Position numbers and translations under genes: made by a program. The notes under the pieces are model-generated. The model did no database searches, was not told the DNA's origin, and saw only the letters and a program-made list of their open reading frames with translations. From the NCBI GenBank assembly GCA_050230475.1, contig JBFLGF010000007.1, positions 1-64,000 of the forward strand: a DNA stretch of 64,000 nt, in the 5' to 3' direction. Source of the stretch: Ancylonema sp. Its lineage: Eukaryota. This document shows, one piece after another, positions 13,270 to 27,385 of this stretch; position 1 is the stretch's first letter; each line of letters starts with the position of its first letter.

Positions 13270-13740
13270 TAAACAAGTATGTTTGTTGTTGGAGTGCGTC
13301 ACATTTAGTAAGAGAAGGAGTCTCCCAAAGTTAGTGTCTTGAAGGAATGAAGTCATGGTAGGGTCAGGGTTTGATGCACTCCTCAACAAACTGTGGGTGA
13401 TCTCTGATATATTTTTGGAGCCTTGACATGGCAGTCACTGTGTTTGCTTGCAGATAGCATGGTGGCGTCCCTTTGCAGAGGCTTATTGGGAGCCACGTTG
13501 TGACCCATGGCAATATCTAGACAGAGAGACAACGTCTTAACAATGAAGTTGAAGCTGGTCTCATCGCGTGTAGTTGGGCACAAAGCCCAGCTCAATTGCC
13601 ATCAAGCTGAATGTCCTAACAGATGCACATTGTAGTGGGGTTTGATGAGCAATAAGGTGTCTTGTTTGAATGACGAATTGTACATTTCAAGGTGTGTGAG
13701 TAAGAATCGGTTATGTTGTGTTGTGCCCTTGAGGGAGTAG
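13270..13740 (-). repeat. Dispersed decayed coding repeat, copy 1 (others at about 27850-28450 minus and about 32380-32870 plus)
   Basis: Shared DNA motifs such as GCTTCAACTTCATTG and AAGGGA(C/G)..CCA; shared peptide PPCYLQAN.VTAMS.LQ..IR.HP.FVEECIKP between copies 1 and 3. Confidence 0.7.
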
Positions 13741-13776
13741 TTTCTTAAATTTTTATGATAGCCTGCATCCGCAGAG

Positions 13777-14819
13777 CATAGTTGCACGGACCGGCAGACC
13801 AGGGTCCGGAGGTCCCGACTCCGGACCAAGGTCCGTCCTTTTGGGTCAAAAATCTGGACCGGCTGTTTAGGGTAATATCGGTTTTTGGGGGTTTAAATGT
13901 GTTTTCCGTGGAGAAAAAACTCCATAAGTTTTTTTTCGCGAACACAATACTACTTCACGGGTTATAACAATGTAAAAATAAATGTTAGACCTATCAAATA
14001 ATTAATTAAAACATGCAATGCATCATTGTAGATAGTGTTTTTCACCACTTTCGAAAGATGCTCTAGGTCATTTGGAATGGTTATAATTAAGTACTCCACA
14101 TTTTTTTCATTTTTAATAGGTTACAATTTAATTCTGAAATGGTGCTCATTTGAGGCTTAAAAAAATGTGATGAAGGGTCACAGTATCATGAAATAAAATA
14201 AAATTAGGAAAACCTATATAGAACATCATCCCGGTTTTTTTTTTCCACGCTCACAACCTTGTATTCAAACTTCTTTCTATATACATTCATCACTTCTCAC
14301 TTTCTTATTCTACATAAATAAATGGGTAACTTTCCTATCTACAATTTCCTTACTTTATCAAAATCTATCTTTGCCTACAACTCCATACCTATATGAAACG
14401 GGGGAAAAAAAATACGACTTCTACACCCACACTTTTTATTCTATATTTACACCCATAACACTCTTCATTGTCTACACCACTTTAAATAACACACTTCTAA
14501 GTACCAGTTTACACAGAAATTTCAGCCGTTTTGTCCATTTTGAATATCACCATCTCAATCAATGGACGGTTGGATATGAACATGCTATTTTATTTTATTT
14601 GTTTGTTTATTTTTGCTACAACTTCGCAAGCCACAAATGACACATGTATATCACACGAGTGAGGTACATAAAAAAAAATGAAGCCCCACGTCCTTTTTCT
14701 CCGCAGAAAATATACTTGGCAAAAAAACCCTGAAAATTCCCCGGTCCGACCGGGTCCCGACTCGGGACCCGGTCCGACCGCGGTCCGAAAATCCAATGTT
14801 GCCGGTCCGTGCAACTATG
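13777..14819. mobile_element. hAT-like MITE, family B (about 1.04 kb)
   Basis: 20-bp TIR CATAGTTGCACGGACCGGCA; perfect TSD CCGCAGAG; GGTCCG/CGGACC subterminal repeats. Confidence 0.92.
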
Positions 14820-14842
14820 CCGCAGAGGTATACATAGTGCAA

Positions 14843-16330
14843 CATAGTTTCACAAACCGACCGTTCTTTCATTTTGGAACCGGTTTCGAGATGGATCCGG
14901 ATCGGAACCATGCACAGTTGGCTCCGCCCTGCAAACTCCGCCCCGCTTTCCACCCCGAGCGGGCCCGCTCCGGGCGGGACATAGAGGTTTTTAATAATTT
15001 CTGGAAAAGGATCCCAAGACCACGTAGATCATGAATTAATTCTAAAAAACCAAATCCGACAAGTAATCGAGATGTTGCAACACTAAGTATGCTGTCCTCT
15101 TTCTTCCCAGTTGATATAGTTTTTAGGGGCTGTGAACTTTTGTCGTTATATCGATTTTAGCAGTACCGGGAATTTAGCTTTAGTTTTGTCGTTATTCAGC
15201 AAATGCAGGCTGCAGAGGCTGCAGGCCGGCCGCAGGCCAATGTCCTTGTTTCAATGATTACTTGGCCATCTGGCACAAGTGTCGATAAGAACTAGTTGAT
15301 GTGGCAGAATGCTTGTTGACGAAGTAGTTTCGATAGCAGTAGATTCTTTGACCAGGCAGCAATCGACTGTACTAGGTTTGAGCTTGCATGCTGAATTCTG
15401 CAATCAATACTTTCTACTTCAAACTTGCACTTTTGGTGTGTCAACGTTTGTAATGACGTGATCTGCTTGATTCAAAGAGATTAAGAAGAAGTGAACTTTA
15501 TTCTTGCATCGATGGCAGAAGAAAGTTCTCACATATTGTGCACTCGATATTCTTTTCTACATCTCAAGTTGTATTTTTTCATTTTTTGTTTTTATCGCAA
15601 TATACCACGACACGCCACAAAGTCGGACTCATGGGTGACATTAGATGATGTCGGACGTGTGGCGTGTGGCGTACACTCTACGATATATCATTTTTGAACA
15701 AAACCTACCAAATCTCCGCACGGCGGTTTTTATTTATTTAGGCCTATGGCGCCGCCCCACAAATTTCGCCCCGCTTTCCGCCCAGGGCGGCGCCTTTGGC
15801 GGAAAATCTTTCGCCCGGGGCGGAGACAATTATGGAACCATGCCAGGTGATTTTTAGGGTTCTCCTCTCTCTCGCGAAAATTAAATTTCCAAATGCACAA
15901 AAATTACGGGGTGGTAATATATGATATAGATAAATAATTGTGGCTGCGCGTCACCTCTCACAAATATATTCGAATGCTATATTTGTAAAAAGATGCCACG
16001 GAGTTTCTAAAATATAATTTCCTTGATCGCGCCATTCCATGATGTGATGCGTTTTTATTTGGCGAAAGCTCATTGCGAGCATAGGAGTAGATTCATTACG
16101 AGCAACGAAGTACAAGCACTAGTAGGTGTGTATGGGAAATAAAAAACGAGGAAATGAAAGAGCATAAATGGATGTAAACAATGTTTACTCAAGGGAAAGG
16201 AAGAGGACGGAGGGAAAGTGCATAAGGAATGTCCTTAAATATTCTGACTAGTGTAGAAGTTGAAGAAGGGAAATAAGAAATTCATAATCCAAAAATGTTT
16301 ATAGAAAGAATAATGTATCGAAACTAACTT
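14843..16330. mobile_element. Older family A hAT-like copy, interrupted by the 14913-15834 element; right end not identified
   Basis: Starts CATAGTTTCACAAACCG and aligns by eye with the reverse complement of 4879-5786 and with 54180 onward. Confidence 0.6.
14913..15834. mobile_element. Nested hAT-like MITE, family C
   Basis: Imperfect TIR CACAGTTGGCTCCGCCC / GGGCGGAGACAATTATG; perfect TSD GAACCATG; CCGCCCC subterminal repeats. Confidence 0.85.
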
Positions 16331-16334
16331 TTTG

Positions 16335-16668
16335 GAGAGTGTACGACATACGCCACACATCCGACATCATCGTGGCGTGGCATAGTATAATGCGATAAAT
16401 AAAAACTAAAATTATAATACTTGAGAAATACAAAGGAATGTACACGAGTACAGATGACACGCGTATCTTGTGTTATAAAGTATCGAATACTTGTCGGATT
16501 TGGATTTTTGAAAGATGTACGTGATCTACTTAGTCTTGGGATCCTTTAACAAAAAAAACCAAAAAAAAACTAACTAATTTCGGGAAAAAAACCGCCCGAG
16601 CCACTGCCTGGAGCGGGCCCGCTTGGGGCGGAAAGCGGGGTGGAATTTGCGGGGCGGAGCCAACTATG
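16335..16668. mobile_element. Inverted partial copy of the family C element
   Basis: Ends GGGCGGAGCCAACTATG; matches the reverse complement of 14913-15070 and 15550-15680. Confidence 0.7.
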
Positions 16669-17770
16669 TTGCTTTGCTTCTTCATTCACGAAGTCCCTCG
16701 ATACAAGGACAGATTTTTTGAAATGTAGTACAATGTTCCCTCGTTATAAAGACCTTTATGAGGACAACCTTGATGTAAGGACTTTTTTTTTTTTTTTTTT
16801 TCAACTTAATACAAAATTGCCCTCGATTTACGACTCTCTGTATAAAGACAAATCATTCCAAAAATATGTTAGAAAATGTCCTTATACTGTGTAGAGAACG
16901 TTGTTTCTCGCATATAACGATGTGTGGAAATCGAGGAAGAAAAGAGAGTCCGAAAATTATAAAATAACGTCGAAGAAAATTATGAGTGCAAACTAGTATT
17001 CAACGTTTCTTTCATGCTAGTTCTTGTTGAATCATATCAATATTAGTATGTGTGTCCATTTTTAATGCCATATTGAAAGTGACTGGTGACAATCTATTTA
17101 AAATCATGACAATGTATACGAGGATTGGTTGGAATGTATGATAATTGTGTATTTTGTTTGCGGTTCACAATTTGAAACTTATGTAGGTCTCTTCGTGACA
17201 AGTCTTTGTCTTGCCGTTCAATAATTGTCCATGTTGTTCATGATCATAGTGGTCTCTCCATGTCCAACAAAACATGCGGAGACTTTGGTGCTTAGTACGA
17301 CCTTGATACGTCGCAACTCTCCTCGTTAAGTTGGCCAGTTGTTTTTTATTTGTTGCAATGAATTGGTCACATTACGCACTTGAATAGCTTGCGTTGCATT
17401 GGATAATGATGACACGGCAACATGTGAACAACATATTTGCTTATTTACTTTGCTTCATTCACGAAGTCCCTCGAGACAAGGACAAACACTTTGAAATCTA
17501 GTAGTGGATGTGTATAAGGACATCTCGCTATTAGAACATTATTTAAAATTGTTTTTTGTCCTTCTATCGAGGGAGCACGGCAGTGAATGTCCTTGTACAT
17601 TGTATAAAAAGAACTCGATATAAGGACAACTTTCTCATTTTTTTTAATGTATTCATATCGAAGGAGCACTATACACTCAAACCCCGATATAAGAAACCTA
17701 TAAAAAAGTTTTTTTTGTTTTTTATTATAGCGAATGTTTCTTATATATATCAACATTCTTCTTTCTAAGT

Positions 17771-17954
17771 TCCGTTAGGGTGGTGAAATAACGTCGGTCT
17801 TGTAATCAGATGGGGCTCCCATCGTGCTTTATAAAATGCATCTTTCTCCCTTTTTGAGAGAGATGCGTCTTTTTGAGAGAGGACGCATTTTATTAGAGCA
17901 CGATGGGAACCCCATATGTTTACAAGACCAACGTTATTTCACCACCCTAACGGA
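17771..17954. mobile_element. Fold-back MITE with roughly 75-bp inverted arms
   Basis: TCCGTTAGGGTGGTGAAATAACG...CGTTATTTCACCACCCTAACGGA, with pairing continuing inward. Confidence 0.8.
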
Positions 17955-18013
17955 TCTGAAGAACGAAAGCAAACCCAACCCTAGAACAGCCGAGCAACAA
18001 TCCTTAACTCTGC

Positions 18014-18930
18014 TCACGACAATGACATCCGCTGAGGGGGGGGGGGGAACATAGCCATACCGTGCTCCAATCGCAACGTCCTAGCATGGATTGCATGTGC
18101 TAGAGACCGTTGTAACGCAACATAAACTCTCTGCCGAAACCACGTAACTAGCAAGCTAAAATTTTGCCCCGATCGCCCATTCAGATGCGCCGCACGGTGA
18201 GCACAATCCACCAACAACCGATTGCTTGCATCATAGTTGCATCATAGTTGCGCACCGTACGTCTCCAACGCAAACGGATAAACTTGGTCCCCGCCGTGCA
18301 AGGACGATAGTGAGTTTCTTTGCGCCGTTCTGCATCTTCTGCGGCCACCAACCCTCGACAAGCCGCGCGATCCACCAAGTCCCGCCGCGTGGGGTCAGCA
18401 CTGACCACATCCACCAAAATATGCCCCTCCACCAAATCCGAAATAACAATATCCACTCGCCCCCCACGACCGCCCGGAGCGCGGAGAGGAGGACGGAAGA
18501 AACCCCGTACGTTCACGTTGAACATGTTGACCCGGAGGATGTGATATACGGAATCTCGCACCGAGTCATGAGATGAAGTGCGCTCCCCCCCTCGACTGCA
18601 GCGCATAAGATGCGTACCCAGGGCGTCCATAGAGTTGCCGCACGCGCACGTATCATAGGTCGCAAGGCAAGGGTGGGGAAACCCGAGGCGCACGCGCACG
18701 GCAGTAAGGAATAGGGGAGGGGGGATACGAAGGGAGGGAATGATGGGGGACGCCTGTAGCCAATGACCCGCACCAGGTCCACTAGCGGAGCAAAGCGTGC
18801 CCTTGGATGTTGCGAGATCGGTGCTCGCCAGAAGCACCTCGAACGCAGCAGCGTGGGTAGCATCAAGAAGTGTCGCGTGCAAGTGAGGAACGGAAGCCAT
18901 GGCCAAGGTCGCATACGGAGGCAGTGCCTC
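18014..18930 (-). pseudogene. 5'-truncated CRE-like non-LTR retrotransposon: C-terminal CCHC and restriction-like endonuclease
   Basis: GAGHWL..P...LR.....F..AVR.RLG, CACG..MD..G.HL..C, HDSVRD, RVDIVI, LVDV...DP, AERRK..HY, RQRVYVALQR; frameshifted. Confidence 0.85.
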
Positions 18931-19281
18931 TCTTTTTGAGTGTAAAACGCAATTAAAATTAAAAAAAATGGTTTCTTATAACGAAGAGATCTGATAACGA
19001 AGTTTCTTATACCGAGGTAGCTTCGTATACGAAGGTGGTTTCGTATACCGGTGGGTTGATTCGAGGCTGAAGTTGACGACAGATAACCATGCAGGAGTAC
19101 AATCCAGGAAGGATGTGAAACAGGAGCAATCTACAAATAGTGGATATCGATGCTCCACGCGCATCTGATCAATTTGTCCTGATGTCACCATCTGCTGTAC
19201 CGTCTGCCTTCAATCTCGGTTCTGGTGCCACGTAGAAAAGCTCTCATGCGAGCGGGTTAATGCGGAACCTGATCTAGTGCA

Positions 19282-22200
19282 ATGCGGAGGCAGAAATCCA
19301 AAGAAGTTCGGCAGAAACTGGGGGACGTAGAGAAGTTGACCCCCTATCGCGTTGCGCTCTGCACTCTCCTTGATTCTTACACGCGTGCTGGGTCCACAGA
19401 AGGAGTTCCACGCGGCAAGCGGCATGATTTGGTTCTGTTTCTCCTGCAGGAGATAGAGGTGAGTCCGGATTCATTTGCCAGCAAACATTTGCCAGCATAA
19501 CATATCACTGCTTCTGTACTGTCAGGCATGGGACACAGTTCTGGAGCCTTCGCTGGCTGAGCTGGCTGTGAAGCTGAGGACGACGTTACCAGATGGCGGG
19601 TCGGAATTGGTCTCCCGTCTTTACTCCAGCATGGCCTCACTGGTGTGTCCTGATCGCCTCGACAACTTTTTCCTCCGAGGTACCTCTGACCACCCCCTTG
19701 GCACTCGGTACTTTGGGAGAACAAATTTCGGGTTCCAATATCATCCATACGCCAGAAACCCTCGTCTCGTTCCATTTCTGTACCCACGACCAACGAATTA
19801 AAGATCATACCCTGAATATAGACTTCTAAGGCCATGTCACGAGTGCAGATCTGATGGAGGCCAACCAGCACAAACCAGAAGGCGAGGATGGGGATGGTGA
19901 TTTTGTGGTTGTGGATGTTGGGAGCACTTTGGGCACTTTCGTGCGGTCCTGTGTGCTGGCATTCAACCTTCTCCCGTTTGAGGTACGCAGCGATCGAAAC
20001 GCCTACCCTGGAACATGAGCCATAAATCCACGACTGCTCCAGTACACCTGTCCCTTCTCGGAATTGTCAGGGCACGTGTCGCCTGGCAACAGACATTGGA
20101 TTCTACCACCTCGTTGCTGTCCAATCAGAGGCCACCGAAACCCCCGTCAAGGAGGGGGCCATGAGGAGGTGGGGGGAGGGCACGCCAGGGTCAATTGGGG
20201 CTCAAACCCCCTTCCCAGCCGGGTTGGGGTGGGATTCGGCGGGCACACCCTCGGACGAGACCATGGTTTCCGCGAGTTGGAGTCTGAGCGGAGGGAGTAT
20301 GGAGATGGACACTCCGGGCGGGGGGGGTGAGTCTGGCACTTGTGCCAAAGGCAGAATGGCAGAATGGCAGAATGACAGACTGATAGAATGGCAGAATGGA
20401 AGAATGCCAGGGTGGTGACAAGGTGGTCTGTGGTGGGCGGTGTAGACTCTGCCACGCCTATGTCAGATATGGAGTGGAGGGGGCGAGGAGGGGAGGGGTC
20501 AGATGTATGGAATCTGCCGAGTGGGGAGATGAGTTGGGAGGGGGGGTCAAAGTTGGGGTTTGGGAGGTACATGGAAAGGAAAAAGGAGCGTGGCGCGGGG
20601 ACGTGGATGCGGAGGAGGAGTAGAGTGGAGATGTTTCTGAAGAATGCGGCACAGAGTATACGAAGGTCAGTAACCTGGTTGTGCACCAGGTTACGGACAC
20701 TGTATCATGATTACAGCTGTGGCATTCCCTTCACGATTCCAGGGGTGCTGGAGAAGCGGAGATTGCTGAGCTGGATCGCCGGCTGGCAGAATTGGAACAC
20801 ATGGCTCCCGACCTACCCATGGTACGTTGCCACCTGGCAGTGGGGGAAACAAGAGGTTCACCTGGTCGCCTCCCCACCCCCTTCTGTTCCCACCAGGTGT
20901 ACTACGTGCGCCACCTGAGCGCCATGCATGCCCGAAATTACTTCATGGCTCTGGACCATCTGCACCACTTCTACAACTACAACTACAAGGACAGCGATAA
21001 CACAAAGGGGGGGGCAGGAGGAAGGTTCCAGGCAGCTCTCCTCAGTCTGGCCGATCTGCACACCCAGTTTGGACACCTGGCAGAGGCACTGCAGGCTCTG
21101 CATGAGGCCATCCGTATTTCCCAGCAGAAGCAGGACCACGTGAGTTTGGCTCACGCCCTGTCAGCGTTGTGTCACCTCCAATCAGAGGCCGCCAGCTCGC
21201 CTGAGGCGAATAAGATGATGAGTCGAGGGGTGGACAGTGTGCTGGACTCCACTGCCCTCAAAGTCCAACAACAAATGGTAGCCCTCCTTCACACATGCGA
21301 AGAGAGAGGGCGTCATCTGAAGCTGCCCCACCTGGCAGCAGTGAGTCGAATGAGTCTGGTCAAGTTCGACCTCGAGCACGTGAGTCAGCTGGAGGGGGGG
21401 ACGGAAGGGCAGCTGGGCACGCAGCCACTCAAACTATTACAGGTCAGCACTCGTACCTCGCCACAGCCACCTGCCGTCACCTTATTCTGACGACCACTTG
21501 CCACTTGCCACGTGTCTCCTGCTGTAAGCAGTCCCTCCGCCACTCCACTCACCTCCTGAACGAAACCTTGGCCACCTCACCGCCCCCCCTCGCACCCACC
21601 GCCCTCACACGTTCCCTTCACTCCCTGCGCGCCTCCATTCACGGAACTGCCTCGGGGTCCTCGGGGGGAGTGCCAGCTGTCATGCACTCGTCCCTGCCAG
21701 ATGGCGTTGCCAGGTTGGCCGGAGCCGCACAGCTCATCAAGGCCTCTGCGTGGGAGGTGTACGGAAGTGGACCCATGGCTCGTACCTCTGCGCTGCTGCA
21801 CGCCACCTGTCACCGCGCCACGGCAACGTAAGGACCGATGAACCGATGATGACAACCGCACACGTGTGCAGACTGTGAGGTAAGAGAGCGCCCCTGTGCG
21901 TTGGTTCCGCAGGGCGGATGACGTGGCAGTCGCGTACGCCAAGCTGGCCCAGTATCTTGCTGCCGACAAAGGGTACACAGGTCAGATGAAGCCACCATCT
22001 TTGCAGGGGGTGGTCCTGTCCCCCACTGCGGAATTGCCACCTGTATCCTGGTTGGGGCGTTGGGGGTGGGGCTACCAGCCGCTTTGGAAGCACTGACAGC
22101 TGGCGCAAAGCGACTGAAGTCCGTTGCCAGTCTCCCACTCAGAATCTGCCACCTCAGCCTCCTCCACACAAGGGCGGTGCACCGTGGCGAGTTTGAGTTG

Positions 22201-24346
22201 GCCTCCGCAGCGTGCCGCGCAATGGAGAGCCTGGCACCGCCACAGGACGGGCTAGACACCGAACTCAAACTGCACTCCCACTTCAGGCTGGCAGAGACCC
22301 TCATGGCACGTGGACACCTGGCAGAGGCGGCGGAGGAGGCCAAGCATCTGTTTGTGCGATGCTACCGACAAGGGATGCAGGCGGAGCGAGTGCAGACCCT
22401 GCTGCTGTATGCGGACATCCATCTGGTCAATAACCTCTCTCCTATACACCAACACTGTGTTCTGTTGCACCAGGTGTGGCGATGTGGTGCCCAGGTGAAG
22501 CTAACATTGCAAACCGTGGGGGGGGGAATACCGTGTGTCAGATCGGCAAGAGCCCCACCACTGCTCTCCCCTACGCCCTGAGCTGTGTCACCCAATCCGG
22601 CATGCTGTCTATGGACACCCTCCGCGCAGCCGCGCTGGTTCGGGTGGCAGAGGCGTGGATGGGGATGGGGGTGGACCATGCGCCCAAAGCGCTGGAGGTT
22701 CTGGAGGAAGCGCTGGTGCCTGTGTTGGGGCATGGGGGGGCGGCTCTGAGGGGGAGGTGCCACCTGGCGATGGCAAAATGCATGATGGCGATGAAGGAGG
22801 AGGAAGAATGTGAGGGGAAGGGAGCTAACTGTAACCTATATCTATATGCTATATGCCCTGTATCCTAAACCCTTGATCCTGTACCCTATACCCTAAATCC
22901 TATATTTTCCACTTTATCATGTATCTTAATCCCTATATCCCATTGAAATAATTCAATAATGATTCAAGTAATGTGAGATACAATCTACGAAGATGATGCA
23001 AAACCGGAGATATGGAACACGAATGTTTGGAATACAGTAAAACCTGTCTAAAAAAATACTCTTGGGGAGGAGAAAATATATTCTTTTAGACAAGTTATTC
23101 ATTTATACAGTTCTGGTTCTAAACGTCCCAATACCCGTTCCCACGTGCCTACGACGGGAAACAAGCCAATATCCAGTTCAGAATTTGTTAAAACGTGTTT
23201 TCCACCTTATACTACCCGACATATCGGTCGCAGCGCCCTTCAATTGTCGTGTGGTGAATCCACACGAAATTCCCACAACTTGGGAGATAATATATGCACG
23301 TGGAAGGCACTCGCACCATCCACCAAATATTTTCCGGCAGCAATTTTGTCCTGTCAGACGTTTCATGTTCACTTCCCACAATTTTGGAGATGCTTATTCT
23401 GTACGGAGGCATCATAATCCGTACTAAAATGTACGTATTCCGTACATTATTCTTTCATACGTATCGCGGGGGGGTAAAATAGTATTCTTTTAGACAGTTA
23501 TGCAGGTTATGGAATAATTACATTCCCCCAACGTCAGGGGGGACATTTTCTATTCTTTTAGAGAGGTAATTCTTTTAGACAAGTTTTACTGTATCCATAT
23601 TGAATCTGGAGGGCAAGTATGGAATATCCATATTGAATCTGGAGGGCACGTATGGAATATGAACTCAAATGTTGTTGTTCCCTCAAACTACACGATTTTT
23701 TGCCACATGCCAACAATACACCAGGAGAAGGAGGAGAAGGATGGATTGCCCAATTTCCCTCTCGAATTGACCTAGACAGATTGTGATGATGTGGCAGTGC
23801 GGTCAACCTCTGAGGAGGTGATTGCGGCGCTCACTTCGGCCGTGGAGGCATACCAGATTGTTGAGGTGGGAAGAGTGATTAGCTTGCACCCAATTCGGTT
23901 TCTCGCTGCTTCATCCACCCATGACGAAGGCGGTATTAGGTCCTATGGGCTCTAGATTTGACAACCCGTCATCTACACTTCGATGCATTGCAACACCCCA
24001 CCTTCGGTTTCTGGTGTGATGTATCCTCGTGATTGCTGTGCACGTGTAAAATTTACATGCTTCCGTGCACAGTATGGATATAGTATGGATATATGAAACA
24101 ACTCACAATATTATACTAGGATGTTAAGGTGCCCAAAACATAAGTATACTTGCTTGCTTCCGTTTGCAGGCGGCCCACATGGTTGCCGAAGCGTTCTATG
24201 TGCAAGCGACGTTGTACAACATTTTGGGACGAAGTGGAGAGAGGGACAAAGCTGCAGAACAATCGTTGCTTTTCGAAGCTGTATTTGAGAAGGCGAAAGG
24301 GTCCACAACGGCAGTATTGCCGTCGTGGCTACACGAGATCGGGTAG
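19282..24346 (+). CDS. APC5: Anaphase-promoting complex subunit 5 (multi-exon)
   Basis: N-terminal LTPYRVALCTLL, EPSLAEL, DRLDNFF, STLGTFVRSCVLAFNLLPFE; TPR core YYVRHLSAMH..NYFMALDHLHHFYNY, FQAALLSLADLH.QFGH..EAL.AL.EAIRISQQ..DH.SLAHAL; C-terminal AEAFY.QA.LYN.LGR..ERD.AA; canonical short introns. Confidence 0.92.
23035..23591. mobile_element. pogo/Tigger-like MITE in an APC5 intron
   Basis: TIR CAGTAAAAC(C/T)TGTCTAAAA with TA TSD. Confidence 0.85.
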
Positions 24347-26603
24347 CCATAGCTTCAATGTAACAAAATACAATCCTGCTTATGTAGATCCCACGTCCTT
24401 GAACCATGGCAAAGTGCACTCATTTTTTGTGATGGTATTATGCACTGTGAATGCGACTAGTTTCTTGAGAAGTGTGAGTAGAAACTACATACTACAATCA
24501 ACTACATACTTATAAACTACATACTAATGCGTTTTTGTTCCGTCGATCGTGTATAACTTATGTGTATGGGGTGGATGATACCGCAAGTGTCACGTATCAA
24601 CCACATGTTGCAATCATTTTGTTTCATGTTCTTTAAGAACATCACGTACCACGTTTGCTAGTCACGAACTACGCCCCAATCTCATCAACAATGAGTTTTC
24701 TTGTTGTAACCTTCTCATGATAACTTAGTATCCTTGCTTTTGCAATGTCACCTCGCATGAAAACGGTCACCTTCGTGTCCATACCCACCGTGTACGGCCC
24801 AATTGAACTACCGGTCTAGGTGATACACTTTTATGAAGTTCAACCCATCAAGTCTTTTTGAACGCCGACATTTAACCCTTGGCATGCAGTTCTCCGTCCC
24901 TCGCTCGTGCAAGCACGCTATTGTGATGCACATTTCATCATTGAGACCCTCAATGAAGCGGTCAATCACTCGCACGCTTGGCACCGACATTGACCATGCA
25001 CATCATCACAGTATAATAACAATGACTCACTTAATCACCTTGGCAAGGAGAGAGGGGACGTGAGTATCATAGTTGGCTTCGATCTAGACCAAATGGCTTA
25101 ACCACGATCCGGATCGTGGTTCCGATCCGGATCGGAACCGGATCAGAACCACGATCATTAGGTGAAAAATATGAACAAATGAAAATATTCATACATGAGG
25201 CGTAAAAAGCCCATAACTTGATATTATCATTGTTATAGTGTTACACATTTATGTGTTTTTATTTGTGAAAGACCCCGATCCCATCATAAATTTTCGTTCC
25301 GTTTCCTATCCGGATTGAAAGGTGATCGGGAATGAAATATGGTCACTACATGTTTGAGGGTGAATTACTTTGAGAAGTCAAAACTGAATGTCGATGAGGG
25401 TTCCGTTCCAAGAGATGCTCCAGTGCTAGTCATAGTTGACGCGATCGGGACCCTAGATTTCAGATCATTGTTCCGATCCAAAAAAAACCCGAAAATCCAA
25501 AACACCGTTGATGTTCACATTACTCCCAAATAGGGACATTTACTAGCGCGCTTCGAAAGACGATGGTTACATATCTTATAATGATGATATAAGTCCATGT
25601 CGTTGTCGATATTAAGTTTCCCCCCCCCAAAAGATGAGTTGTTGGGACATCCACAACTAAGCTAGATTCTGATAATTCGCTTTAGTTGTGGCCATGATCC
25701 TCTTTACAAGGGCCACCTCGGTGGCGTGTACGCTTTTCGTCGATGCAACGAAGATATGTGCTCGCTCTTGCTAGCAATAAATGTTAAAAAAGCGAAGGGA
25801 ACAACTCCAACAATGATGGGTGTATTGATAATTCTATTTCAAATCACATGACTTAGTTTGACGTCGCGTGGGTGGTATGTGTAATCCGTACGGGACCTCA
25901 ATCATTGTTGGGTCGGAGACCAAGATACCAAGGACATCGATTGGTAATCGATACCAATCGGTACTTGGTACTCGGTTTAGTACCAAGGACATCAATTATC
26001 TAACCAAGATGTGGACGACAGTGAATCATTCTTATTTTCACCCGAATGCTAACGGCGTTCGCCCAAGTGAGCTTGGAGACCAAGCCTTTTTTTTCCTCTT
26101 CTTTTTTGTTGGTACAACAATCAAATAAATAATTAACGAATATGCTAACCTCCACGTGATGTGATAGGCGATAAATGTGTCACGCCAAGTACGTGAATTA
26201 ATTTAAATATCTCTTTGCAAGGGTAAAATAACACGCGAGTGTCGGAGTCGTTTGCCAACCGGGAGGAGTGAGAGAGAACGAGAGTGAGAGACAGAGTGGG
26301 AGAACGAGTTGTTGGGTGAAGGTGTGGGGTGTAAGTGCGTGGATTGCGGTTTATGCAAGATCCAATTATGCGAATAGTTGTGGGTGCTGGTTTTGGTGAT
26401 AAAAATTATCTTGTCTATATCATATTATTCGGTAATGCTCACTTCGGTTGAAAAGGACGATATTCAAGCATTCATTATAATTGTAAAAACGAGGATGGGT
26501 ACATGATATCATGATTAGATGAGTATATGAGTTGAGTTGATGAGATGATTTAATTTACTCATGTAGAGTTGAGTAGATGAACTTGCGCGCAATTGTTTGT
26601 TGT

Positions 26604-26638
<35 letters not shown>

Positions 26639-26832
26639 TTTTTTTTTTAAACGACTTATATAGCTTGAAAACTTGATACACTTCTAAGGATGTCTTTGAT
26701 ATATACATAGTAGAAACAAACCGCGTCTGCGTTTTGCAAACGCAAAACGTCCAAACGGCGAAACGGCACATTTTTCCGTGCGATGCCAGCACCAAACGCG
26801 TGTCCAAACTTAGGTGACCAATCGTCCGTATA

Positions 26833-27385
26833 CCGTAGCGGCCAGAGATAATGCGCCAGCAAATCCGAAAAATAATTATTAGAAGTACGCTCCAAACAGT
26901 TGCGCCAACCAAATTTTAATTAATTAGTACGCGCCATAAGTGTGCGCCAGGCAAAAAATAATTAATAAAAATGATCCAGATCCAGGGGTTTTCCTCTTTA
27001 TTTAATATGATCCAGATTTACTTGCGCCACCCAGTAAGAGGCAGGAGGAAGCCCTCAACCCGCGGGTTTTGGGCTCCTCAAACCCAGCGACCGCATTTCG
27101 TACACGAGCCCGGGGTTGCGCACCTTATTAGAGCCCATGGCGTGGAGCAAACCCTGATAACACGCACCTCTCGCCATAGTGGTTATTGAAATTATGTTAT
27201 AGATGTGGACTTTAAATTTCCGCTATTTTATAGTGGTGCGCCAAAATTTCGTCAATTTGAATTATTTATTTGCGCCAAAACGGTGATCCAGCGTGATGAA
27301 ACTAATTAGTATAGTATGCGCGAAAAACGTGTGCGCCAGGCAATATGCTAATTATTTTTTGGCGTATTATCTCTGGCCGCTACGG
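26833..27385. mobile_element. MITE with 26-bp TIR and GCGCCA subterminal repeats; small nested element near 27037-27126
   Basis: CCGTAGCGGCCAGAGATAAT(G/A)CGCCA at both ends; flanks TA and AA. Confidence 0.8.

Noticed and set aside
20350..20410. (GGCAGAAT)n 8-bp tandem repeat
   Set aside because: Ordinary short intronic repeat in APC5.
22860..22905. Telomere-like ACCCTAAA motifs in an APC5 intron
   Set aside because: Only a few degenerate units.
24808..24990. Gag-like peptide IDRFIEGLNDE
   Set aside because: Too short and degenerate to call.
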